Below, one piece after another: positions 28,996 to 45,832 of a stretch of DNA of 64,000 bases. The notes below the pieces were generated by a model. That model ran no database searches. It was not told where the DNA came from and saw only the letters and a program-made list of their open reading frames with translations. This DNA comes from Eledone cirrhosa. Its lineage: Eukaryota. The stretch covers positions 124,001 to 188,000 of the forward strand of contig CAXHJY010000523.1 in NCBI GenBank assembly GCA_964016885.1. Reading direction: 5' to 3'. The position numbers and the translations under genes were made by a program. How positions within the stretch are numbered: position 1 is the stretch's first letter; every line of letters begins with the position of its first letter.

Positions 28996-31900
28996 CTGAA
29001 TATCCACAGTGACACTAGTTGACAGTAAGACACACAATTACACACACAGGCTGAATATCCACAGTGACACTAGTTCAGAGTAAGACACACACAGGCTGAA
29101 CATCCACAGTGACACTAGTTGACAGTAAGACACACACAGGCTGAATATCCACAGTGACACTAGTTGACAGTAAGACACACACAGGCTGAATATCGACAAT
29201 GACACTAGCTGACAGTAAGAGACACACACGCAGACTGAATATCCACAGTAACACTAGTTGACAGTAAGACACACACACACAGGCTGAATATCCACAGTGA
29301 CACAAGCTGACAGTAAGACACACACACACAGGCTAAATATCCACAGTGACACTAGTTGACAGTAAGACACACACACACAGGCTGAATATCCACAGTGACA
29401 CTAGTTGACAGTAAGACACACACACACAGACTGAATATCCACAGTGACACTAGTTGACAGTAAGACACACACACACAGGCTGAATATCAACAGTGACACT
29501 AGTTGACAGTAAGACACACACACACAGGCTGAATAACCACAGTGACACTAGTTGACTGTATCACACACATACGGGCTGAATATACACAGTGACACTTGTT
29601 GATAGTAAGACACACACACACTCAGGCTGAATATCCACAGTGACGCTAGTTGACAGTAAGACACACAAACACACAGGCTGAATATCCACAGTGACACTAG
29701 TTGACAGTAAGACACACACAGGCTGAATACCCACAGTGACACTAGCTGACTGTAAGACACACACAGGCTGAATATCCAGTGACACTAGTTGACAGTAAGA
29801 CACACACACACAGGCTGAATATCCACAGTGACACTAGTTGACACTAAGACACACACACACAGTCTGAATATCAACAGTGACACTAGTTGACAGTAAGACA
29901 CACACACACAGGCTGAATAACAACAGTGACACTAGTTGACTGTATCACACAAACACAGACTGAATATCCACAGTGACACTAGTTGACAGTAAGACACACA
30001 CACACAGGCTGAATATCAACAGTGACACTAGTTGACAGTAAGACACACACACACAGGCTGAATAACAACAGTGACACTAGTTGACTGTATCACACAAACA
30101 CAGACTGAATATCCACAGTGACACTAGCTGACAGTAAGACACACACACACAGGCTGAATATCCACAGTGACACTAGTTGACAGTAAGACACACACACTGA
30201 GCCTGAATATCCACACTGACACTAGTTGACAGTAAGACACACACAGGCTGAATAACCACAGTGACACTAGTTGACAGTGAGACACACACACACAGGCTGA
30301 ATATCAACAGTGACACTAGTTGACAGTAAGACACACACACACAGGCTGAATAACCACAGTGACACTAGTTGACTGTATCACACACATACGGGCTGAATAT
30401 ACACAGTGACACTATTTGACAGTAAGACACACACACACTCAGGCTGAATATCCACACTGACACTAGTTGACAGTAAGACACACACACACACAGGCTGAAT
30501 AACCACGGTGACACTAGTTGACAGTAAGACACACACACAGGCTGAATATCCACAGTGACACTAGTTGACAGTAAGAAACACACACACACAGGCTGAATAA
30601 CCACAGTGACACTAGTTGACAGTAAGACAGACACACACAGGCTGAATATCCACAGTGACACTAGTTGGCAGTAAGACACACACACACACACACACACATA
30701 CACAGGCTGAATATCCAGAATGACACTAGTTGACAGTAAGACACACACACACAGGCTGAATATCCAGAATGACACTAGTTGACAGTAAGACACACACACA
30801 CACACACAGGCTGAATATCCACAGTGACACTAGTTGACAGTAAGACACACACAGGCTGAATATCCACAGTGACACTAGTTGACAGTAAGACACACAATTA
30901 CACACACAGGCTGAATATCCACAGTAACACTAGTTGACAGTAAGACACACACAGGCTGAATATCCACAGTGACACTAGTTGACAGTAAGACACACACACA
31001 CAGGCTGAATATCCACAGTGACACAAGCTGACAGTAAGACACACACACACAGGCTGAATATCCACAGTGACACTAGTTGACAGTAAGACACACACACACA
31101 CAGACTGAATATCCACAGTGACACTAGTTGACAGTAAGACAAACACACACAGGCTGAATATCCACAGTGACACTAGTTGACAGTAAGACACACACACACA
31201 GGTTGAATATCCACAGTGACACTAGTTGACAGTAAGACACACACACACAGGCTGAATATCCACAGTGACACTAGTTGACAGTAAGACACACACACACAGG
31301 TTGAATATCCACAGTGACACTAGCTGACTGTAAGACACACACAGGCTGAATATCCAGTGACACTATTTGACAGTAAGACACACACACACAGGCTTAATAT
31401 CAACAGTGACACTAGTTGACAGTAAGACACACACACACAGGCTGAATAACCACATTGACACTAGTTGACTGTATCACACAAACACAGACTGAATATCCAC
31501 AGTGACACTAGTTGACAGTAAGACACACACACACTCAGGCTGAATATCCACACTGACACTAGTTGATAGTAAGACACACACACACACAGGATGAATATCC
31601 ACAGTGACACTAGTTGACAGTAAGACACACGCACACACAGGCTGAATAACCACAGTGACACTAGTTGACAGTAAGACACACACACACACAGGATGAATAT
31701 CCACAGTGACACTAGTTGACAGTAAGACACACACACACAGGCTGAATATCCACAGTGACACTAGTTGACAGTAAGACACACACACACAGGCTGAATATCA
31801 ACAGTGACACTAGTTGACAGTAAGACACACACACACACAGGCTGAATAACCACAGTGACACTAGTTGACAGTAAGACACACATACACACAGGATGAATAT

Positions 31901-32123
31901 CCACAGTGACACTAGTTGACAGTAAGACACACACACACAGGCTGAATATCAACAGTGACACTAGTTGACAGTAAGACACACACACACACAGGCTGAATAA
32001 CCACAGTGACACTAGTTGTGAGTAAGACACACACACACAGGCTGAATATCCACAGTAACACTAGTTGACAGTAAGACACACACACACAGGCTGAATATCC
32101 AGAATTACACTAGTTGACAGTAA

Positions 32124-32125
<2 letters not shown>

Positions 32126-32161
<36 letters not shown>
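32126..32161 (+). repeat. (CA)18 microsatellite, among the longest tails in the array
   Basis: Direct count after TAAGA at 32121-32125; it follows a CCAGAATTAC variant monomer. Confidence 0.9.
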
Positions 32162-32163
<2 letters not shown>

Positions 32164-34899
32164 CTGAATATCCACAGTGACACTAGTTGACAGTAAGACA
32201 CACAATTACACACACAGGCTGAATATCCACAGTGACACTAGTTGACAGTAAGACACACACACACAGGCTGAATATCCAGAATGACACTAGTTGACAGTAA
32301 GACACACACACACACACACGCAGACTGAATATCCACAGTAACACTAGTTGACAGTAAGACACACTCAGGCTGAATATCCACAGTGACACTAGTTGACAGT
32401 AAGACACACACACACAGGCTGAATATCCACAGTGACACAAGCTGACAGTAAGACACACACACACAGGCTGAATATCCACAGTGACACTAGTTGACAGTAA
32501 GACACACACACACAGACTGAATATCCACAGTGACACTAGTTGACCGTAAGACACACACACACAGGCTGAATATCCACAGTGACACTAGTTGACCGTAAGA
32601 CACACACACACAGGCTGAATATCCACAGTGACACTAGTTGACAGTAAGACACACACACACAGGCTGAATATCCAGAATGACACTAGTTGACAGTAAGACA
32701 CACACACACACACACACACACACAGGCTGAATATCCACAGTGACACTAGTTGACAGTAAGACACACAATTACACACACAGGCTGAATATCCACAGTGACA
32801 CTAGTTCAGAGTAAGACACACACAGGCTGAACATCCACAGTGACACTAGTTGACAGTAAGACACACACAGGCTGAATATCCACAGTGACACTAGTTGACA
32901 GTAAGACACACACAGGCTGAATATCGACAATGACACTAGCTGACAGTAAGAGACACACACGCAGACTGAATATCCACAGTAACACTAGTTGACAGTAAGA
33001 CACACACACACAGACTGAATATCAACAGTGACACTAGTTGACAGTAAGACACACACACACAGGCTGAATAACCACAGTGACACTAGTTGACTGTATCACA
33101 CACATACGGGCTGAATATACACAGTGACACTAGTTGATAGTAAGACACACACACACTCAGGCTGAATATCCACACTGACTCTAGTTGACAGTAAGACACA
33201 CAAACACACAGGCTGAATATCCACAGAGACACTAGTTGACAGTAAGACACACACAGGCTGAATATCCACAGTGACACTAGCTGACTGTAAGACACACACA
33301 GGCTGAATATCCAGTGACACTAGTTGACAGTAAGACACACACACACAGGCTGAATATCCACAGTGACACTAGTTGACAGTAAGACACACACACACAGTCT
33401 GAATATCAACAGTGACACTAGTTGACAGTAAGACACACACACACAGGCTGAATAACAACAGTGACACTAGTTGACTGTATCACACAAACACAGACTGAAT
33501 ATCCACAGTGACACTAGTTGACAGTAAGACACACACACACAGGCTGAATATCAACAGTGACACTAGTTGACAGTAAGACACACACACACAGGCTGAATAA
33601 CAACAGTGACACTAGTTGACTGTATCACACAAACACAGACTGAATATCCACAGTGACACTAGCTGACAGTAAGACACACACACACAGGCTGAATATCCAC
33701 AGTGACACTAGTTGACAGTAAGACACACACACTGAGGCTGAATATCCACACTGACACTAGTTGACAGTAAGACACACACAGGCTGAATAACCACAGTGAC
33801 ACTAGTTGACAGTAAGACACACACACATAGGCTGAATAACCACAGTGACACTAGTTGACAGTAAGACACACACACTGAGGCTGAATATCCACACTGACAC
33901 TAGTTGACAGTAAGACACACACAGGCTGAATATCAACAGTGACACTAGTTGACAGGAAGACACACACACACAGGCTGAATAACCACAGTGACACTAGTTG
34001 ACTGTATCACACACATACGGGCTGAATATACACAGTGACACTAGTTGACAGTAAGACACACACACACTCAGGCTGAATATCCACACTGACACTAGTTGAC
34101 AGTAAGACACACACACACACAGGCTGAATAACCACGGTGACACTAGTTGACAGTAAGACAGACACACACAGGCTGAATATCCACAGTGACACTAGTTGGC
34201 AGTAAGACACACACACACACACAGGCTGAATATCCAGAATGACACTAGTTGACAGTAAGACACACACACACACACACACAAACACACAGGCTGAATATCC
34301 AGAATGACACTAGTTGACAGTAAGACACACACACACACACACACACACACAGGCTGAATATCCACAGTGACACTAGTTGACAGTAAGACACACAATTACA
34401 CACACAGGCTGAATATCCACAGTGACACTAGTTGACAGTAAGACACACAATTACACACACAGGCTGCATATCCACAGTAACACTAGTTGACAGTAAGACA
34501 CACACAGGCTGAATATCCACAGTGACACTAGTTGACAGTAAGACACACACACACAGGCTGAATATCCACAGTGACACAAGCTGACAGTAAGACACACACA
34601 CACAGGCTGAATATCCACAGTGACACTAGTTGACAGTAAGACACACACACACACAGACTGAACATCCACAGTGACACTAGTTGACAGTAAGACACACACA
34701 CACAGGCTGAATATCCACAGTGACACTAGTTGACAGTAAGACACACACACACAGGTTGAATATCCACAGTGACACTAGTTGACAGTAAGACACACACACA
34801 CAGGCTGAATATCCACAGTGACACTAGTTGACAGTAAGACACACACACACAGGCTGAATATCCACAGTGACACTAGTTGACAGTAAGACACACACACAC

Positions 34900-36854
34900 A
34901 GGTTGAATATCCACAGTGACACTAGCTGACTGTAAGACACACACAGGCTGAATATCCAGTGACACTATTTGACAGTAAGACACACACACACAGGCTTAAT
35001 ATCAACAGTGACACTAGTTGACAGTAAGACACACACACACAGGCTGAATAACCACGTTGACACTAGTTGACTGTATCACACAAACACAGACTGAATATCC
35101 ACAGTGACACTAGTTGACAGTAAGACACACACACACTCAGGCTGAATATCCACACTGACACTAGTTGATAGTAAGACACACACACACACAGGATGAATAT
35201 CCACAGTGACACTAGTTGACAGTAAGACACACGCACACACAGGCTGAATAACCACAGTGACACTAGTTGACAGTAAGACACACACACACACAGGATGAAT
35301 ATCCACAGTGACACTAGTTGACAGTAAGACACACACACACAGGCTGAATATCCACAGTGACACTAGTTGACAGTAAGACACACACACACAGGCTGAATAT
35401 AAACAGTGACACTAGTTGACAGTAAGACACACACACACACAGGCTGAATAACCACAGTGACACTAGTTGACAGTAAGACACACACACACACAGGATGAAT
35501 ATCCACAGTGACACTAGTTGACAGTAAGACACACACACACAGGCTGAATATCAACAGTGACACTAGTTGACAGTAAGACACACACACACACAGGCTGAAT
35601 AACCACAGTGAAAATAGTTGTGAGTAAGACACACACAGGCTGAATATCCACAGTGACACTAGTTGACAGTAAGGCACACACACACAGGCTGAATATCCAG
35701 AATTACACTAGTTGACAGTAAAACACACACACACACACACACACACAGGCTGAATATCCACAGTGACACTAGTTGACAGTAAGACACACAATTACACACA
35801 CAGGCTGAATATCCACAGTGACACTAGTTGACAGTAAGACACACACACACAGGCTGAATATCCAGAATGACACTAGTTGACAGTAAGTCACACACACACA
35901 CACACGCAGACTGAATATCCACAGTAACACTAGTTGACAGTAAGACACACCCAGGCTGAATATCCACAGTGACACTAGTTGACAGTAAGACACACATAGG
36001 CTGAATATCCACAGTGACACTAGCTGACTGTAAGACACACACAGGCTGAATATCCAGTGACACTAGTTGACAGTAAGACACACACACACAGGCTGAATAT
36101 CCACAGTGACACTAGTTGACAGTAAGACACACACACACAGTCTGAATATCAACAGTGACACTAGTTGACAGTAAGACACACACACACAGGCTGAATAACA
36201 ACAGTGACACTAGTTGACTGTATCACACAAACACAGACTGAATATCCACAGTGACACTAGTTGACAGTAAGACACACACACACAGGCTGAATATCAACAG
36301 TGACACTAGTTGACAGTAAGACACACACACACAGGCTGAATAACAACAGTGACACTAGTTGACTGTATCACACAAACACAGACTGAATATCCACAGTGAC
36401 ACTAGCTGACAGTAAGACACACACACACAGGCTGAATATCCACAGTGACACTAGTTGACAGTAAGACACACACACTGAGGCTGAATATCCACACTGACAC
36501 TAGTTGACAGTAAGACACACACAGGCTGAATAACCACAGTCACACTAGTTGACAGTAAGACACACACACACAGGCTGAATATCAACAGTGACACTAGTTG
36601 ACAGGAAGACACACACACACAGGCTGAATAACCACAGTGACACTAGTTGACTGTATCACACACATACGGGCTGAATATACACAGTGACACTAGTTGACAG
36701 TAAGACACACACACACTCAGGCTGAATATCCACACTGACACTAGTTGACAGTAAGACACACACACACACAGGCTGAATAACCACGGTGACACTAGTTGAC
36801 AGTAAGACAGACACACACAGGCTGAATATCCACAGTGACACTAGTTGGCAGTAA

Positions 36855-36888
<34 letters not shown>

Positions 36889-36921
36889 CTGAATATCCAG
36901 AATGACACTAGTTGACAGTAA

Positions 36922-36961
<40 letters not shown>

Positions 36962-36995
36962 CTGAATATCCAGAATGACACTAGTTGACAGTAAG

Positions 36996-37026
<31 letters not shown>

Positions 37027-40000
37027 CTGAATATCCACAGTGACACTAGTTGACAGTAAGACACACACAGGCTGAATATCCACAGTGACACTAGTTGACA
37101 GTAAGACACACAATTACACACACAGGCTGAATATCCACAGTAACACTAGTTGACAGTAAGACACACACAGGCTGAATATCCACAGTGACACAAGCTGACA
37201 GTAAGACACACACACACAGGCTGAATATCCACAGTGACACTAGTTGACAGTAAGACACACACACACACAGACTGAATATCCACAGTGACACTAGTTGACA
37301 GTAAGACACACACACACAGGCTGAATATCCACAGTGACACTAGTTGACAGTAAGACACACACACACAGGTTGAATATCCACAGTGACACTAGTTGACAGT
37401 AAGACACACACACACAGGCTGAATATCCACAGTGACACTAGTTGACAGTAAGACACACACACACAGGCTGAATATCCACAGTGACACTAGTTGACAGTAA
37501 GACACACACACACAGGTTGAATATCCACAGTGACACTAGCTGACTGTAAGACACACACAGGCTGAATATCCAGTGACACTATTTGACAGTAAGACACACA
37601 CACACAGGCTTAATATCAACAGTGACACTAGTTGACAGTAAGACACACACACACAGGCTGAATAACCACATTGACACTAGTTGACTGTATCACACAAACA
37701 AAGACTGAATATCCACAGTGACACTAGTTGACAGTAAGACACACACACACTGAGGCTGAATATCCACACTGACACTAGTTGATAGTAAGACACACACACA
37801 CACAGGATGAATATCCACAGTGACACTAGTTGACAGTAAGACACACGCACACACAGGCTGAATAACCACAGTGACACTAGTTGACAGTAAGACACACACA
37901 CACACAGGATGAATATCCACAGTGACACTAGTTGACAGTAAGACACACACACACAGGCTGAATATCCACAGTGACACTAGTTGACAGTAAGACACACACA
38001 CACAGGCTGAATATCAACAGTGACACTAGTTGACAGTAAGACACACACACACACAGGCTGAATAACCACAGTGACACTAGTTGACAGTAAGACACACACA
38101 CACACAGGATGAATATCCACAGTGACACTAGTTGACAGTAAGACACACACACACAGGCTGAATATCAACAGTGACACTAGTTGACAGTAAGACACACACA
38201 CACACAGGCTGAATAACCACAGTGAAAATAGTTGTGAGTAAGACACACACACACAGGCTGAATATCCACAGTGACACTAGTTGACAGTAAGGCACACACA
38301 CACAGGCTGAATATCCAGAATTACACTAGTTGACAGTAAGACACACACACACAGGCTGAATATCAACAGTGACACTAGTTGACAGTAAGACACACACACA
38401 CAGGCTGAATAACAACAGTGACACTAGTTGACTGTATCACACAAACACAGACTGAATATCCACAGTGACACTAGCTGACAGTAAGACACACACACACAGG
38501 CTGAATATCCACAGTGACACTAGTTGACAGTAAGACACACACACTGAGGCTGAATATCCACACTGACACTAGTTGACAGTAAGACACACACAGGCTGAAT
38601 AACCACAGTGACACTAGTTGACAGTAAGACACACACACATAGGCTGAATAACCACAGTGACACTAGTTGACAGTAAGACACACACACACAGACTGAATAT
38701 CCACAGTGACACTAGTTGAGCGTAAGACACACACACACAGGCTGAATATCCACAGTGACACTAGTTGACCGTAAGACACACACACACAGGCTGAATATCC
38801 ACAGTGACACTAGTTGACAGTAAGACACACACACACAGGTTGAATATCCACAGTGACACTAGTTGACAGTAAGACACACACACACAGGTTGAATATCCAC
38901 AGTGACACTAGTTGACCGTAAGACACACACACACAGACTGAATATCCACAGTGACACTAGCTGACTGTAAGACACACACAGGCTGAATATCCAGTGACAC
39001 TAGTTGACAGTAAGACACACACACACAGGCTTAATATCAACAGTGACACTAGTTGACAGTAAGACACACACACACAGGCTGAATAACCATATTGACACTA
39101 GTTGACTGTATCACACACATACGGGCTGAATATACACAGTGACACTAGTTGACAGTAAGACACACACATACACAGGCTGAATAACCACAGTGACACTAGT
39201 TGACAGTAAGACACACACACACACAGGCTGAATATCCACAGTGACACTAGTTGACAGTAAGACACACACACACACAGGCTGAAAATCCACAGTGACACTA
39301 GTTGACAGTAAGACACACACACACACAGGCTGAATATCCACAGTGACACTAGTTGACAGTAAGACACACACACACACAGGCTGAAAATCCACAGTGACAC
39401 TAGTTGACAGTAAGACACACACACACACAGGCTGAAAATCCACAGTGACACTAGTTGACAGTAAGACACACACACACTCAGGCTGAATATCCACACTGAC
39501 ACTAGTTGACAGTAAGACACACACATACACAGGCTGAATAACCACAGTGACACTAGTTGACAGTAAGACACACACACACACAGGCTGAATATCCACAGTG
39601 ACACTAGTTGACAGTAAGACACACACACACACAGGCTGAAAATCCACAGTGACACTAGTTGACAGTAAGAAACACACACACACACAGGCTGAATATCCAC
39701 AGTGACACTGGTTGACAGCAAGACATACACAGGCTGAATATCCACAGTGACACTAGTTGACAGTAAGACACACACACACACAGGCTGAATATCCACAGTG
39801 ACACTGGTTGACAGCAAGACACACACAGGCTGAATATCCACAGTGACACTAGTTGACGGTTAGACACTCACACAGACTGAATATCCACAGTGACACTAGT
39901 TGACAGTAAGACACACACAGGCTGAATATCCAGAGTGACACTAGTTGACAGTAAGACACACACAGGCTGAATATCCAGAGTGACACTAGTTGACAGTAAG

Positions 40001-43000
40001 ACACACACAGGCTGAATATCCACAGTGACACTAGTTGACAGTAAGACACACACACACACAGGCTGAATATCCACAGTGACACTAGTTGACAGTAAGACAC
40101 ACACACACACAGGCTGAATATCCACAGTGACACTAGTTGACAGTAAGACACACACAGGCTGAATATCCACAGTGACACTAGTTGACAGTAAGACACACAC
40201 ACACACACAGGCTGAATATCCACAGTGACACTAGTTGACAGTAAGACACACACAGGCTGAATATCCACAGTGAGACTAGTTGACAGTAAGACACACACAC
40301 ACACAGGCTGAATATCCACAGTGACACTAGTTGACAGTAAGACACACACACAGCCTGAATATCCACAGTGACACTAGTTGACAGTAAGACACACACACAC
40401 ACAGGCTGAATATCCACAGTGACACTAGTTGACAGTAAGACACACACACAGCCTGAATATCCACAGTGACACTAGTTGACAGTAAGACACACACACACAC
40501 AGGCTGAATATCCACAGTGACACTAGTTGACAGTAAGACACACACACAGCCTGAATATCCACAGTGACACTAGTTGACAGTAAGACACACACACACACAG
40601 GCTGAATATCCACAGTGACACTAGTTGACAGTAAGACACACACAGGCTGAATATCCACAGTAACACTAGTTGACAGTAAGACACACACAGGCTGAATATC
40701 CACAGTGACACTAGTTGACAGTAAGACACACACACACAGGCTGAATATCCACAGTGACACTAGTTGATAGTAAGACACACACACACACAGACTGAATATC
40801 CACAGTGGCACTAGTTGACAGTAAGACACACACACACAGGCTGAATATCCACAGTGATACTAGTTGACAGTAAGACACACACACACAGGTTGAATATCCA
40901 CAGTGACACTAGTTGACAGTAAGACACACACACACAGGCTGAATATCCACAGTGACACTAGTTGACAGTAAGACACACACACACAGGCTGAATATCCACA
41001 GTGACACTAGTTGACAGTAAGACACACACACACAGGTTGAATATCCACAGTGACACTAGCTGACTGTAAGACACACACAGGCTGAATATCCAGTGACACT
41101 ATTTGACAGTAAGACACACACACACAGGCTTAATATCAACAGTGACACTAGTTGACAGTAAGACACACACACACAGGCTGAATAACCACATTGACACTAG
41201 TTGACTGTATCACACAAACACAGACTGAATATCCACAGTGACACTAGTTGACAGTAAGACACACACACACTCAGGCTGAATATCCACACTGACACTAGTT
41301 GATAGTAAGACACACACACACGCAGGATGAATATCCACAGTGACACTAGTTGACAGTAAGACACACGCACACACAGGCTGAATAACCACAGTGACACTAG
41401 TTGACAGTAAGACACACACACACACAGGATGAATATCCACAGTGACACTAGTTGACAGTAAGACACACACACACAGGCTGAATATCCACAGTGACACTAG
41501 TTGACAGTAAGACACACACACACAGGCAGAATATCAACAGTGACACTAGTTGACAGTAAGACACACACACACACAGGCTGAATAACCACAGTGACACTAG
41601 TTGACAGTAAGACACACACAGGCTGAATATCCACAGTGACACTAGTTGACAGTAAGAAACACACACACACAGGCTGAATATCCACAGTGACACTAATTGA
41701 CAGTAAGACACACGCACATAGGCTGAATAACCACAGTGACACTAGTTGTGAGTAAGACACACACACACAGGCTGAATATCCACAGTGACACTAGTTGACA
41801 GTAAGACACACACACACAGGCTGAATATCCAGAATGACACTAGTTGACAGTAAGACACACACACACACACACACACGCAGACTGAATATCCACAGTAACA
41901 CTAGTTGACAGTAAGACACACCAAGGCTGAATATCCACAGTGACACTAGTTGACAGTAAGACACACACACATAGGCTGAATATCCACAGTGACACAAGCT
42001 GACAGTAAGACACACACACACAGGCTGAATATCCACAGTGACACTAGTTGACAGTAAGACACACACACACAGACTGAATATCCACAGTGACACTAGTTGA
42101 CCGTAAGACACACACACACAGGCTGAATATCCACAGTGACACTAGTTGACCGTAAGACACACACACACAGGCTGAATATCCACAGTGACACTAGTTGACA
42201 GTAAGACACACACACACAGGTTGAATATCCACAGTGACACTAGTTGACAGTAAGACACACACACACAGGTTGAATATCCACAGTGACACTAGTTGACCGT
42301 AAGACACACACACACAGACTGAATATCCACAGTGACACTAGCTGACTGTAAGACACACACAGGCTGAATATCCAGTGACACTATTTGACAGTAAGACACA
42401 CACACACAGGCTTAATATCAACAGTGACACTAGTTGACAGTAAGACACACACACACAGGCTGAATAACCACGTTGACACTAGTTGACTGTATCACACAAA
42501 CACAGACTGAATATCCACAGTGACACTAGTTGACAGTAAGACACACACACACTCAGGCTGAATATCCACACTGACACTAGTTGATAGTAAGACACACACA
42601 CACACAGGATGAATATCCACAGTGACACTAGTTGACAGTAAGACACACGCACACACAGGCTGAATAACCACAGTGACACTAGTTGACAGTAAGACACACA
42701 CACACACAGGATGAATATCCACAGTGACACTAGTTGACAGTAAGACACACACACACAGGCTGAATATCCACAGTGACACTAGTTGACAGTAAGACACACA
42801 CACACAGGCTGAATATAAACAGTGACACTAGTTGACAGTAAGACACACACACACACAGGCTGAATAACCACAGTGACACTAGTTGACAGTAAGACACACA
42901 CACACACAGGATGAATATCCACAGTGACACTAGTTGACAGTAAGACACACACACACAGGCTGAATATCAACAGTGACACTAGTTGACAGTAAGACACACA

Positions 43001-44270
43001 CACACACAGGCTGAATAACCACAGTGAAAATAGTTGTGAGTAAGACACACACAGGCTGAATATCCACAGTGACACTAGTTGACAGTAAGGCACACACACA
43101 CAGGCTGAATATCCAGAATTACACTAGTTGACAGTAAAACACACACACACACACACACACACAGGCTGAATATCCACAGTGACACTAGTTGACAGTAAGA
43201 CACACAATTACACACACAGGCTGAATATCCACAGTGACACTAGTTGACAGTAAGACACACACACACAGGCTGAATATCCAGAATGACACTAGTTGACAGT
43301 AAGTCACACACACACACACACGCAGACTGAATATCCACAGTAACACTAGTTGACAGTAAGACACACCCAGGCTGAATATCCACAGTGACACTAGTTGACA
43401 GTAAGACACACATAGGCTGAATATCCACAGTGACACTAGCTGACTGTAAGACACACACAGGCTGAATATCCAGTGACACTAGTTGACAGTAAGACACACA
43501 CACACAGGCTGAATATCCACAGTGACACTAGTTGACAGTAAGACACACACACACAGTCTGAATATCAACAGTGACACTAGTTGACAGTAAGACACACACA
43601 CACAGGCTGAATAACAACAGTGACACTAGTTGACTGTATCACACAAACACAGACTGAATATCCACAGTGACACTAGTTGACAGTAAGACACACACACACA
43701 GGCTGAATATCAACAGTGACACTAGTTGACAGTAAGACACACACACACAGGCTGAATAACAACAGTGACACTAGTTGACTGTATCACACAAACACAGACT
43801 GAATATCCACAGTGACACTAGCTGACAGTAAGACACACACACACAGGCTGAATATCCACAGTGACACTAGTTGACAGTAAGACACACACACTGAGGCTGA
43901 ATATCCACACTGACACTAGTTGACAGTAAGACACACACAGGCTGAATAACCACAGTGACACTAGTTGACAGTAAGACACACACACACAGGCTGAATATCA
44001 ACAGTGACACTAGTTGACAGGAAGACACACACACACAGGCTGAATAACCACAGTGACACTAGTTGACTGTATCACACACATACGGGCTGAATATACACAG
44101 TGACACTAGTTGACAGTAAGACACACACACACTCAGGCTGAATATCCACACTGACGCTAGTTGACAGTAAGACACACACACACACAGGCTGAATAACCAC
44201 GGTGACACTAGTTGACAGTAAGACAGACACACACAGGCTGAATATCCACAGTGACACTAGTTGGCAGTAA

Positions 44271-44304
<34 letters not shown>

Positions 44305-44337
44305 CTGAATATCCAGAATGACACTAGTTGACAGTAA

Positions 44338-44373
<36 letters not shown>

Positions 44374-44407
44374 CTGAATATCCAGAATGACACTAGTTGA
44401 CAGTAAG

Positions 44408-44438
<31 letters not shown>

Positions 44439-45801
44439 CTGAATATCCACAGTGACACTAGTTGACAGTAAGACACACACAGGCTGAATATCCACAGTGA
44501 CACTAGTTGACAGTAAGACACACAATTACACACACAGGCTGAATATCCACAGTAACACTAGTTGACAGTAAGACACACACAGGCTGAATATGCACAGTGA
44601 CACTAGTTGACAGTAAGACACACACACACAGGCTGAATATCCACAGTGACACAAGCTGACAGTAAGACACACACACACAGGCTGAATATCCACAGTGACA
44701 CTAGTTGACAGTAAGACACTCACACACACAGACTGAATATCCACAGTGACACTAGTTGACAGTAAGACACACACACACAGGCTGAATATCCACAGTGACA
44801 CTAGTTGACAGTAAGACACACACACACAGGTTGAATATCCACAGTGACACTAGTTGACAGTAAGACACACACACACAGGCTGAATATCCACAGTGACACT
44901 AGTTGACAGTAAGACACACACACACAGGCTGAATATCCACAGTGACACTAGTTGACAGTAAGACACACACACACAGGTTGAATATCCACAGTGACACTAG
45001 CTGACTGTAAGACACACACAGGCTGAATATCCAGTGACACTATTTGACAGTAAGACACACACACACAGGCTTAATATCAACAGTGACACTAGTTGACAGT
45101 AAGACACACACACACAGGCTGAATAACCACATTGACACTAGTTGACTGTATCACACAAACACAGACTGAATATCCACAGTGACACTAGTTGACAGTAAGA
45201 CACACACACACTGAGGCTGAATATCCACACTGACACTAGTTGATAGTAAGACACACACACACACAGGATGAATATCCACAGTGACACTAGTTGACAGTAA
45301 GACACACGCACACACAGGCTGAATAACCACAGTGACACTAGTTGACAGTAAGACACACACACACACAGGATGAATATCCACAGTGACACTAGTTGACAGT
45401 AAGACACACACACACAGGCTGAATATCCACAGTGACACTAGTTGACAGTAAGAAACACACACACAGGCTGAATATCAACAGTGACACTAGTTGACAGTAA
45501 GACACACACACACACAGGCTGAATAACCACAGTGACACTAGTTGACAGTAAGACACACACACACACAGGATGAATATCCACAGTGACACTAGTTGACAGT
45601 AAGACACACACACACAGGCTGAATATCAACAGTGACACTAGTTGACAGTAAGACACACACACACACAGGCTGAATAACCACAGTGAAAATAGTTGTGAGT
45701 AAGACACACACACACAGGCTGAATATCCACAGTGACACTAGTTGACAGTAAGGCACACACACACAGGCTGAATATCCAGAATTACACTAGTTGACAGTAA
45801 G

Positions 45802-45832
<31 letters not shown>

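Larger units (their letters stand above)
9700..38700 (+). repeat. Higher-order repeat domain: ~3.6-3.8 kb unit (~75 monomers) with truncated and recombined derivatives
   Basis: Ordered variant cassettes recur. The CTATTTG/GGCTTAAT/CA[A/G]TTG/GATAG/GGATG cassette (91-aa ORF) lies at 12594, 15596, 19374, 21917, 27885, 31461, 35063 and 37677. The GAACATCC/TCGACAATG cassette (63-aa ORF) lies at 10175, 13851, 16853, 23172, 25411, 29038 and 32769. Confidence 0.88.
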
